From contig OZ076413.1 in the NCBI GenBank assembly GCA_964187785.1, positions 42,162,001 through 42,226,000 of the forward strand: 64,000 bases of DNA. Direction: 5' to 3'. The notes beneath the pieces were generated by a model, which made no database searches, had not been told where the DNA came from, and worked only from the letters and a program-made list of their open reading frames with translations. The DNA is from Amphiscolops sp. MND2022 (Eukaryota). The position numbers and the translations under genes are program-made. Positions 45,701 through 54,938 of the stretch are shown one piece after another. Numbering within the stretch: position 1 is the stretch's first letter; every line of letters starts with the position of its first letter.

Positions 45701-48700
45701 CAGATTATAGTAGATACTTTTTAGGGCATATCGAATTAACCGATTTAAAAACTCGAATTAACCGATTTAAAAATTCGAAGAACTCATCAATATACTTCTC
45801 GCTCGAGGTGTTATGGTGGTCAACTTAAATTAAATCAATCTTATATCAAAGGAAATTGTTTTGATTGACACGAAAAATCCAAGAGGTACGAATAGAAATA
45901 CTCATGACTGGTACCAAAATTAAAGCATGTCATCAAATAATGGCAGATTGTGATGATCTGGCTGTTTGTTCAAAACTGGTACTAAACTGAAAAATACACA
46001 AATTTTGTGTGATATTGGTGTGATTGTCTGGATCATTTTAAATTAATATACGAAAAGTAGTGCATAATATTATGTTTGTTCAGTCTTCCACTTGAATTTA
46101 ATTCAAGAAGAGATGCCGCGTATCGCGTCAAGCATAAAGTCGTGGAATCCAGGAAATTTATGATTTCTGCAATCTGATTGGTTCATTTCGCAAAACTTAC
46201 GTTTTTGTGGAATCCGGGACAACGCTGCATGCCGACAGTTCGTACAGCTAAGCATTTGTTACTGGAATCCACGACTAAATCCGTGGAATCCGGGACAAAT
46301 GACGTAATTTGCCAATTTTGCACGGTTGAAGGTATGGTCGTGGAATCCGAGATATTGAAAGCACTATGTTGCGCTTTGAGCAAATAAGGCTTGCCTGTGC
46401 ACTCTAATGAAGATGCTAAACTTGTATCAGAACACTTGCTACTAGAGGCAAAATACTACTAGGACATCTGATACTGCGAGCTAAATGATACCAATCTATT
46501 TGCTACTAATTGGGTGGTGCTACTACGGAGTGAGCAATTAGACGAATTTGTGAAACATGAAAAATCAATCAACTTTGCAAGAAGTTACCACAACAATTGT
46601 CAAAATTGGCGGTTAACCACGAATATGCTACAGAATGATCTAACGGTGAGTATGCTCGTTTTTTAAACTCAAAATCAAACAAGCTGACTAATAGCCCCAT
46701 AGTTGACAGCTGATATCCCCATAGTTAGAATTCCTGGGTCGACCCTCCATGGATATCTTAGTAAGATCTTCCCAAGACCTTGGAAAAATCTTACCTAAGA
46801 TCTTGCCAAGAATTGCAAGATGTCATGGTAAGATCTTATCAAGAGAACAATGTTCCCAAGAACAATTTTATTGCAAAATCCTATTTGGCCAAAAACATCT
46901 GAAAGGAACTCAACAAAAATCAACTTTTTTGCAGATTTATATTGTTAGACATTAAAAACGTCTGTTAGCAAAATTTGATTGAAGAGTGCTTTTGCTGTTT
47001 ATATAGGGATGCACTGATTAAAGTTCTATCAATTTCAAAACCGTCGCAACAATGGCGTCAGAAAAGCCTCGAGCTGAGTCATTGCCCAAACCAGGACAAT
47101 GACCACCATTTCCAGCAGTAATACGGCTGCTGAAACAGGCTCCAAGAGAGACTAATATAAAAATTTACTACTAATTTCCGGATTTCTTAGTGCTTCCTGT
47201 GTAACTTTCCGATAGTGGCTTTGGACGTTTGAGGCCATTTTTCTCCGTCTCTGAAATCGACAAGAGTGATAAGTTACAAGTTTTCAAAAGTCCTGGAAAT
47301 GAGTGTTCATTTGGTACATTGGCATTTCTCAGTATTAAACAGGTTAGGAGTTATTAGGATTCTCGTTAGAATTTCAGAAGCCAGAATACGTTATAGTAAT
47401 TTTTCGCATATTTTCGCATGCAAACTTATTTCAGTTGAAGCATTTTGATTATGAAAACGAGTAGAAGTAGTCATTGTTGGGTGAAATGAGGCTTTCCATT
47501 GAGTCGGCTGCTTGTACCGAAGGTATATTGTTTTTTACAATCTTAGAATTTTGTCCATCGTGACAAGATACGATCTTGGAATAATGTAATATCTTAGTAA
47601 GATCTTATTAAGAATCTTGCCATGGGTTCCATGGTCACCAAGATGTAGTGAGAATTTGGTAAGATCTTGCCAAGACAGCCAAGATGCTAGTAAGAGGGTC
47701 AACCCGGGTTAGTATCAGACTGCCAAGTAGCAAATAGTCCCTTGTGGCAATTGTCCCAGTAGCAAACGTCCTGTAACACGATGAACTATGAAGCACAAGG
47801 ATCCAGGTTCCTTTTATATATAACACATTTTCCCGAGATTGTTGTCAAACTTTCGAACATGTTCGTGTGGCTCACATTCAACTCAAAGTCGGCAACAGTT
47901 TGTCTTCAAAGGACTTACAATAGTATGTATGATAGAGGCATACGTGAGGTTAACAACTGATCTTTCAACTTTACGACCGGCGCAACGTTAGAGAAAATTC
48001 ACTCTTTTAATGCTAGTGCCATTCAAATGAAACACGGTACCAACAAAAAATTGTTAAATGAAAACTGTGCAAAAGAATATGAATCTTGTGAATATGTGCT
48101 AAAGAATATGAATATGTGCTAAAACGAATCAGAAGTTTGTTACTACAAGCACCGCGCAGGAAAACATTTCAACGATTTGCATAAACGCATTTAGGGTTGA
48201 ATGAACTCAGATTACTAACAAAAACTTACCGGCAATTATGGAGACAATACTTTCGAAAAAATGACTTTCTACGATAACTTTATTTAGTGGGTGCATTCAT
48301 GAATATCTTTCAGCAAGGAATTCATCTTGTCACAAATGCTTCCAAAAGAAATGAAAATTCATCAATTGAGGTTTGCGAAGGTACCTCGACTTTTTTCTTG
48401 AGCAGGGGACACTCAATTCTAGTCTGGTCCATGACAGTAGTCTCTTTGGTGGCATACCCACAAACGACATAGGCATCGTACCCGGAGCCAATGAGAAGAG
48501 AGCACAGAAGCACACTGAAGTCGAAACAATTTCCTTTCTGAAGCTTCAAGATTGTCGTCGGGCTGAACAATTGTTCCGGCTGAAAAAAAATCATTTTTTT
48601 GAAGAAAATTGTCATAATGATCTGAAACTGCTTTCATGGTAAACGTATATCTGCGTAAACAAAAACGATGTGCAATCAGTAATTTGAACAATTTGATCAT

Positions 48701-51700
48701 TTAGATTTTCGAGTTAATCTAAATTGCACAACAAAATGAATAAAAAAGTGGGGCACTAGTGAAATGGAACCTACTTGGCACTTAAATTTCTATTACCTTA
48801 AAAATTACCCGGTTTTTGTTCTTTAAAGTTCTTACCTGGCTTTTTCAAAATAACTTTTTGAACTATTTTTACGGAATTACCCTCGTTAGACCAAAGCATA
48901 TACCTTTCTTGTCATTTCACAAATGCCACAAAAGCGTAACTTGTAAGAAAAGGAGTTCAAGAGAATACAGCAAAATTTCAGGAAAGTCAAGAATAAGAAC
49001 GCTCAAAGGCACTGATAATCAATTCTCTACTCCCAATAGCCCAAGAGAAAATTTACTTCAAAGTTTTTTGAAGTTTAAAAATTGATTTTCACAAAAGTTG
49101 CTAGCTTGTTTAAGGTTAAATCAATAGTCAATGAAGGGAAAAACAAAACATGCAAGAAAAAAGATTTTAAAAATGGTTCCAACAGTGGAAAACATGTTTA
49201 CATGATATTTTTAGGAAATGCGCACTTTTATAGAGAAATCTCGGGTCCGAAAACAGCCATGGTCCAATGTTTTGAGAGAAATTTCAAAGAGCTTCCTGGC
49301 TTACATACACTTGGGTACTTGAAAACTGACAAACTTTGAAAAGATTGGCATATTTTTAGACAAAGAAGCACTTCAAATAATACTTAGATTGTTTCACTTC
49401 TTAGAGGTTCAATAGAAAAACGGGAATCACGCAACTAAAATTAGCCAACTCCATAACAGGAGTAAAAAATAAAGAGATACCATTGTTGGTCATGTAAATT
49501 CTAACCCATTTCATGGGAAAGAAGCACAGAATATTGTCTATTCTGTTTTCCTTTTTTTTAAAAAAAAATTTTGATGGGTGTTCAAAAAACAGGCTATACT
49601 CACAATCTCGAAAGGAACCGGCAGTTTTTCGAAGGAAAGGTAGTCGGAAACGAACATGGCGGCCTGGTCGTAATCCCAGAGCACCTTGTAGGGAAGCAGT
49701 GTTGGCCGGATCGTCAAACAAACAAACTTCTGAAAACAAAATGATTTAACCATGACCATGAATTGACAACTAGAGCGCTTCTTGTATCATAAACAAACTC
49801 TTAAACGCAGCGCTGTGCCGAGACACGTCTTATAGAATTTTATGACCCCATTGTGTGTGTTTTCATTTTTCATCAATCATTCTCGGGTCAAAAGTTTTTT
49901 TTGTTGTTAGAACCAGAAAGACCAGGTTTCAGAAGACAATGACTCGACTCTCACAACCGCGAAGTTTGTCAACAACGAGCGAATATTACGTAATATTCGC
50001 TCGTTGTTGACAAACTTCGCGGCTATGAGAAGTCATGTCTTCTGAAACTTTGTCTTTCTGAAGGTAAAACACGCCTCGTATTCGGAGAGTTTATGTTACG
50101 CAATCCGATAAAAATTCAGAGCGTGTTTCGCATTCAGATGAAAATTGGTAGCAAAAAAAATGAAATCAAGCAAAAGGAAAAAAGAAACTTCATGATAGCA
50201 CAAAGACGATTTGATTTTTTACAAAAAGAAACAAATACAAATGAAATAAAAAACGTTGGAAATGTGAAGTTACGAAAACTAGAAGGTAATTTCAGTTTGA
50301 ATCATGAAATTCTAGCTGAATAAAAGTTTTCGAACAAAAGTTTTGCAGCTTCGCTGTTTATCAATTTAAAAAAACTGCACAGGGTTTGAATTGAAACTTT
50401 AATCGAGAAACTCTAGTTTTCATTGAGGCGTCGCCATTGAAAAAGAAAAGAACGTAATTTCAAAAACTAATGAATTCAAAAATTTTCAGTCGGCGCTTTC
50501 GTAAAATACAGTAGTAGTAGAATATATAGTAGGACTTTTTTAAGACCGACGAACTGACAAATTTGCTGTGGCTTAGTAACTTGTAACTTCTACTGCCAAT
50601 TGGCACAGACGTTAATCCGGTCTGAGAAGGAGAAGGACGTGGGTTCGAGTCTCGCACTTGACCACAATTTGGTAATGCTTGTTATTTCGGCTTTGTGCGA
50701 CTTTTTTGAAAATTTTTTAATGTCTCCACAGATTCCCCCTTCATTTTTTGATATTTTGCAACAAATTGGATTTTCAAAAAGCCCTAAGTGTCCCTCTTTG
50801 TGCAATTTTCGGCATTGTCAGATTTTTCAAAATGATTATTTTCGTCTCAAAAAAAATCTCAGTAGCTCAAAACGCTCCGTCCAACTCTTTTTCAAGACCG
50901 GCGTTTTTCATATGCCACTTTTCAAATTTATTTTTATCGAAGCCCCGCGATTTTTACTAGAAACGGAACGTTTTGCGAGCATAGAGGACTCCTTAGGGAT
51001 TTCGACGCTATGCGACTTACCGGAGACCTAAGAATTTTTCGAAAAAACTTCGGAATTTTTTCCCTCAACATTTCGCTTTTTGAGAAGTTTTCGGAGGAGC
51101 GAAATGGGTTTTTGTTGTCACCAGTTAGAGAAAAGTGGTTTTCGAGTCTTATGCGCATTTTTTTGCACTGTAAAATTGATGAAATTTCAACAATAGTGTC
51201 CTTTTGCATATTTAAAAAACTTTACTTTTTGAACCTTGAGCGGGGCGCCGAGTTGGGCCGTTCCCAGTTTGTCACAATAAGTTGGGGATCTCTGTTGCAT
51301 AATTGTGGCATATATTTTTTATAAGTTAAAACGTGTACCTGCACGCCAGCCTCATTTACAGGGGAAAGAAGAAGGGGTTTTCTGTCCCTGTAGAGGTGCA
51401 CGTATTGCTTTCTGAAGTTCTCTGCGTACTCGTTGATGAGATCTTCCTTCAGGGTATTGGTCTTGTACGGGGGTGCCAAGTCACGGACTCTGATTCCTTC
51501 AGGAGGCTTACTAGAAACATCAGGGGAGTGTTTTTTAACACAGATTGCGCATGTTTAACACAGAGTGTTTGTTTATATTGTAGATAGCATGTCGAAGAAT
51601 CGAAATAAAGAGGTCTAGTACTCATATACTATCACAAATGTATTGAAAATACAAAGGTATTAAAAATTCATAAATTAGCCCGACACTTGCTCGTTATTTC

Positions 51701-53020
51701 TATTGGTTTTTGTGGGACCGTTTTGTCACACTACAAAGACGCTCTGCGGACTTCAGTGTAACGACACCACCGCAACTTTCAATTATGGATGGGTCTTCTC
51801 TTTAAAGATCGGACTGACATCACATTTTGTTGCAGACAAACTTGGTTTCATAGTGCGGTCCTTTTTAAGAGAAGAAAGAAAACAAGAAAATATATGTTTA
51901 CAACTCCTGAATCGTTTAGTCTGTAGCCCATATTCCTTAGCACAGTTGTTCCTTCATATTTCGTCCGGGCCTTGTTTGGCTTGAACGGTGCAAGCATTAG
52001 AAAGGGTGGATTTTTGTCGAACGTTGAAAAAAAACGAAGTTTTTCTTCCAAAAACTTTTTTCGGCAAAAGCTAACTCGTTGACCAATAAAAAACGGCAAC
52101 CATATGCCCTTACACAACCAAAACCAGGCAGTGTGCAACAAAACTATATGCACTTTAAATACAAGCAAATACAGGAAAAAAACGCGGTTCAAAATGAAGC
52201 CTAATATTGAGTCTTTCAAATGCGATATAGCTCATTACTGTTAGTTTTACTGTGCGTAGTTTTGGCAATGCTAACCATTGAAACTTTTCAACCAAATTTC
52301 ACAAAAAATCAATCAAAAATGCCCGGATCAATTGGGGTAAACATGTTGCAAATGAAAATCAGTTTCTGTCGTCGAAAACGGCTAATAGTTGGAAGAAAAA
52401 CTTCACTTCGACTTTTAGTTCGTTAAAGGGTATAATCAGCGAGGGCATTTTAAAAGTTGACAGAACATGAGTTTGAAATTAAGGAGTTCTGGTTGAGGGA
52501 AGAATAGAGCAAATACATAATTTGTAATTTTTATCAGCCTAGGTTGACAACACCAATCGAAACAAAATCTCAAAATGCAACGATACTCTGAAAAGCTTCA
52601 TCGTAATTCCAAAACTCGCAAAAGTTGATGAGGGTTGGTGTAATCTATCTGGAACAATTCTCTAGGACTTACAATATCAAACGAACTAGAAATGAACCTC
52701 AAACTATTTAGACTTTAAAAACCATTGCAGCAATTTTCAATTGCTATTATTTTCAATTATTATGAGAGTATTACAGGTTTTCATATAAATTTTGGATAAT
52801 ACTCTCATCGAAACTGGAAACGCAAATACCTACAAATGTATACTTACAAATGTTTCTTGGACTCTACAACAAAAACTCGTTTAGGGGGTTCGGGCTCCGC
52901 CGCTTCCTCATCGGCTTCAGGAATAGGGTTGCCCTCTTCGTCATACTGAACTTCTTTCCCGGTCTCGTTTCCCTCTTGAGAGATGACATTATCTCCATTG
53001 GCATTTGAAGAATCTACCAT
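18491..53020 (-). CDS. DRC7: Dynein regulatory complex subunit 7 (CCDC135/DRC7), 5' portion, 9 coding exons; 3' exons not found in window
   Basis: Exons 52848-53020, 51339-51510, 49604-49729, 48385-48579, 43197-43355, 35777-35857, 20545-20682, 20019-20135 and 18491-18707 join in frame with AG/GT boundaries (1378 nt). Peptides YKTNT.KE, KFVCLTIRPT, QKGNCFDFSVLLCSLLIGSGYDAY, KKYTVKPPKDL, GLRVHAWVLVL.GKRE, VPENFFI, GIESLWNHKNYW and DFEMRCPRG match DRC7 blocks as recalled, in collinear order. Confidence 0.93.
20019..20135 (-). CDS. DRC7: DRC7 exon (DMSFDLGDCTKWEFMF...DED)
   Basis: gtccag acceptor, gtgagt donor, 39 codons. Confidence 0.9.
20545..20682 (-). CDS. DRC7: DRC7 exon (VPENFFIEALTG...GIESLWNHKNYWVCMQ...CR)
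   Basis: ttacag acceptor, gttagt donor, 46 codons. Confidence 0.94.
21215..22289 (-). repeat. BEL/Pao 3' LTR
   Basis: Direct repeat of 28731-29805. Confidence 0.97.
22271..27735 (-). pseudogene. BEL/Pao gag-pol polyprotein, disrupted
   Basis: DUF1759-type gag (FSGDPLEWPEW), triple Cys/His knuckles, protease DTGS, RT YMDD, RNase H FSDAS, integrase GIDYFGP/SDNG/GGVWERLV. Broken by a frameshift at ~26620, an in-frame TAG at 25106 and a frameshift at ~24016. Confidence 0.92.
27748..28671 (-). CDS. BEL element upstream ORF / gag N-terminal extension (307 aa, unknown function)
   Basis: Starts ~60 nt after the 5' LTR; same frame as gag, separated by a single TAA (27748-50). Confidence 0.7.
   Translation of the reverse strand: MTQKSTFLLSSAVTDDSWYRDPSRENDMKKSKDLIKWQTFVHNLFSNLNALNTLALEDGFTLGMNDGEFLWVNLAKLHERYLLCADRITDLCTYGLNLLRTKPASLLKSKSQLLKQGVSQFLSRWIELNKCVDTVIVRREQLKDPSNILQYMKVTDDERRTSSQMETIQQHIQNCINSNDRPQKINALIDSWLKVRDLTMACSKEKMILLEPVMAARKRKDLQQFSLKATNILQSWHAYLDGVEGNSKESHSKTVHFVDSYRPCFAESLISPSEAETTLMMSEGDATAPLEINEEESGQEPQESTSK
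28731..29805 (-). repeat. BEL/Pao 5' LTR
   Basis: Direct repeat of 21215-22289; PBS adjacent at ~28712-28728. Confidence 0.97.
29937..33196 (+). mobile_element. 5'-truncated I-group (Ingi/Nimb/I-like) LINE with RNase H
   Basis: APE C-terminus (GSDHLP), RT (QGVPQGS, LFIDD), RNase H (IYTDGS, ICTDSQS, QWVPGH...GNE.AD), CCHC (CPSC...HWLDC); two in-frame stops at 32427 and 32553; (CA)n tail; 8-bp TSD GCCGCAGC at 29929-36 and 33197-204. Confidence 0.9.
33255..33814 (-). mobile_element. Helentron/DINE-1-like non-autonomous element
   Basis: Ends AACAAGACGGGAACG...AGTCGGCGC (33275-83) and GCGCCGACT-AAAAA (33801-14): a subterminal inverted repeat with A/T-run termini and no TSD. Confidence 0.65.
35777..35857 (-). 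CDS. DRC7: DRC7 exon (ELEKPPPDELDGLRVHAWVLVLHGKRE)
   Basis: Not in the ORF track; read directly. tttatag acceptor, gttagt donor, 27 codons, conserved GLRVH.WVLVL.GKRE. Confidence 0.92.
36551..37216 (+). repeat. Copia 5' LTR
   Basis: Direct repeat of 41677-42344, ~7 substitutions plus a 2-nt indel by eye. Confidence 0.97.
37298..41682 (+). CDS. Copia gag-pol polyprotein with one frameshift in an A-run at ~40516-40521
   Basis: Two CCHC knuckles, protease DSGS, integrase HHCC plus SDVVGP/RSDNG/NGVAER, RT WVDD, RNase H SDADW/KHIDTKYHF. Adding one A restores GKKLVCKLNKSIYGLKQ. Confidence 0.93.
41677..42344 (+). repeat. Copia 3' LTR
   Basis: Direct repeat of 36551-37216. Confidence 0.97.
43197..43355 (-). 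CDS. DRC7: DRC7 exon (AKQEEKVVEKKKYTVKPPKDL...ARIA, coiled coil)
   Basis: aatttcag acceptor, gtgagt donor, 53 codons. Confidence 0.9.
43540..44542. mobile_element. piggyBac-type non-autonomous element (MITE), interrupted by a 421-bp insert
   Basis: TTAA on both sides; imperfect TIRs CCCCAATGAACCTAG / CCAGGTCGATTGGGG; related partial copies at ~17851-18200 and ~51900-52200. Confidence 0.8.
43669..44089 (-). mobile_element. Retroposed 421-bp insert (SINE or LINE 3' UTR) with 14-bp TSD
   Basis: TAGATTGATTTGAA at 43655-68 and 44090-103; absent from the 17851 copy; TGAATGAA tail on the minus strand. Confidence 0.7.
48385..48579 (-). CDS. DRC7: DRC7 exon (transglutaminase-like core QKGNCFDFSVLLCSLLIGSGYDAY)
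   Basis: ttttcag acceptor, GAG|gtacct donor, 65 codons. Confidence 0.94.
49604..49729 (-). CDS. DRC7: DRC7 exon (KFVCLTIRPT...PVPFEI)
   Basis: ttttcag acceptor, gtgagt donor, 42 codons, phase 0-0. Confidence 0.92.
49957..50022. repeat. Perfect 66-bp palindrome inside a longer imperfect inverted repeat (~49915-50060)
   Basis: No spacer; centre TTACGTAA. Confidence 0.96.
50483..51272 (+). mobile_element. Helentron/DINE-1-like non-autonomous element with internal tRNA-derived segment (50593-50664)
   Basis: TTTTCAGTCGGCGC ... GCGCCGAGTTGGGCCGTTCCCAGTTTGT; internal GGGTTCGAGTC B-box followed by ...GACCA. Confidence 0.65.
51339..51510 (-). CDS. DRC7: DRC7 exon (KPPEGIRVRDLAPPYKTNTLKE...EAGVQ)
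   Basis: tttctag acceptor, CAG|gtacac donor, conserved YKTNT/NFR.QY/DR.PL motifs. Confidence 0.9.
52848..53020 (-). CDS. DRC7: DRC7 first coding exon (acidic N-terminus MVDSSNANG...ESKKH)
   Basis: ATG at 53020; donor TT|GTAAGT (phase 2) joins the next exon to give FKPPEG. DRC7 N-termini are acidic and variable. Confidence 0.75.
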
Positions 53021-54539
53021 ATTGTCTGGAACTTTACAGACCAGTACATACCATACCATAGCTGTAAACTCTGACTTCCTATTCAAAAAAGATACAGTGA
53101 AGTGAGGCGACATGACTATATTGAAAAAATGGGGTAATATAACCATTATGCAAATGGGGAGGTGGGTGTCTGAGAAAGTATACGAAAACAAGACGCCCGC
53201 TGAGGAGCGGGATATTTTCCGCCCCGAACTGTTCTACAACTACATAAATGAGGCTCAAGAATAACTAATGCACTATAAAAACGCTGAGAAGTTCGAAGAA
53301 AAGAAAGCTTCGATTCATCTTGTCCATTTTTCTAATTCGCGGTGTCTCTCAAAAAAATGGCAAAAATTGCATAAAAACGTTTAAAAATGAGAAATTTGGG
53401 AATTTTTGTCATTAAGGGGTCATTTTGTCATTAAGGGGTCATTTTCGTCATTTTTAAAAAAAAAACTTCAAAAATCTCTACAAATACATATCGCACGAAG
53501 CTAAATTTATGTGGGTTGAATTCTATGGGTAACACCCTTAAATTTAAATATAAATAAAATCTTGGCAAATTTTGTAAAAAAAAAAAAAACCGTTTGATTT
53601 AAATATTTTCCTTTCCCATATGAAATATGGGCGGAAAATAACAAAACATTATTTGAATTTGAAATTCCCGAATCTACTTGAGGTTGCAACGTTCCCACTT
53701 TCTGGAAGGGTGTAAAGGAATATGTGGAAATGATACTGCCAGTTAGCAAGGCCCTGATAGAAACGAAAATTATCAATAACAAGGAATGAAAATCGTTCAT
53801 TTTGCAGGGCGATAACAAGCAAGACTCAAATTGACGTAATACTATGTTACTATCATCTTCATCATAGTTTAGCACCTTACGCTGAAGAAAAATAATTCAA
53901 AAAAGTGAGTTATCTTGGATTTAGATTTAGATATCTTAACTCCAAAAACACACTAATTGATAAAGTATATTTTAATGAAGTAATTTTTATTGAATGCTGC
54001 TAGACAGAAGAAGTTTATTGTTACCAACTTTTGATCGTTTTGACCTCAAGCAGCAACGGGATGCAAAGCCAAGCTTCAATAACTCACTTTTCATCACTTC
54101 CATTGTTACAATTTTGTGTCATTAAAAATAATTCTAACGGATCTCAGTTTTTTTCTAATTTGAGGACCGAAACGTTCCTAAACTTAACTGAAGAACACGA
54201 TTAACTCCACATTTTGTTCGAAAATATGAAAATAATACCAGCGGACAAAAAATATGCAAAAAGTCGGAATGCATCGCTAGCTGAAATATTGTTTCTTTAA
54301 GTGAAGTCATTGCATAGCTCACGGATTCAGGCTAGTCCTCGCCGTTAAATGACCATAGTATGCGTATTGAAAAAAAATGCGTTTTGTAAAAAAGTGCCAG
54401 ACTCTAACGGAGGCAAGTTTTTTGTCAAACCTTACACTAAATGGTAGTTTAACTTCATAAGAAGGTTTCATCTCGTCACGAAGCAAGTCTAAAATGTATC
54501 TGGGACAATATCACAGGGCTCGAAAATAACAAAAGTTCC

Positions 54540-54938
54540 TTTGTTTCAGATTTTTTGGCACTGTGTGACTTTCTTCCCGAAATTTTTTTCAACTTCAGTA
54601 AAAGGGTGCCGTTGGTTTTTCGAATAGCTGCGACTCTTCCAAAACAATTCAATTGCACTAAAGGGTTCCCTTTGGTTTTTTCGATACGATACACTGGGAC
54701 TTTTTTTGAAGATATCTAATTTTCCCCAAAGGGTTTTTCTCTGTGTTTTCTCTCTAATTTTCCCCCAGTGGTTTTTTGACACTTTCAGATAAGAAAAAGT
54801 TTTTTCTAGCCAAAAGCGTATTTTTTGGCACAGTGAGATTTTTTCAGAATTTTCATAGAAACAGCATTTTAACTTCAAAGACTTTGCACTTTTGAATCCT
54901 TGAGCGGGGCGCTGACTTGACACGTTCTCGTCTTGTTT
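54540..54938 (+). mobile_element. Degenerate copy of the same Helentron-like family (3' end)
   Basis: Ends GCGGGGCGCTGACTTGACACGTTCTCGTCTTGTTT, homologous to 51241-51272. Confidence 0.55.

Noticed and set aside
46405..46436. Hammerhead-like ATGAAGATGC...GTATCAGAAC
   Set aside because: The core CUGANGA/GAAA residues are not intact and no stems I/III are evident.
53404..53452. Short 19-bp tandem repeats (also 11401-11450, and ~62-bp at 36110-36220)
   Set aside because: Ordinary local slippage duplications.
53519..53534. RFX X-box upstream of DRC7 (TTCTATGGGTAAC)
   Set aside because: Only a half-site match and the transcription start is unknown.
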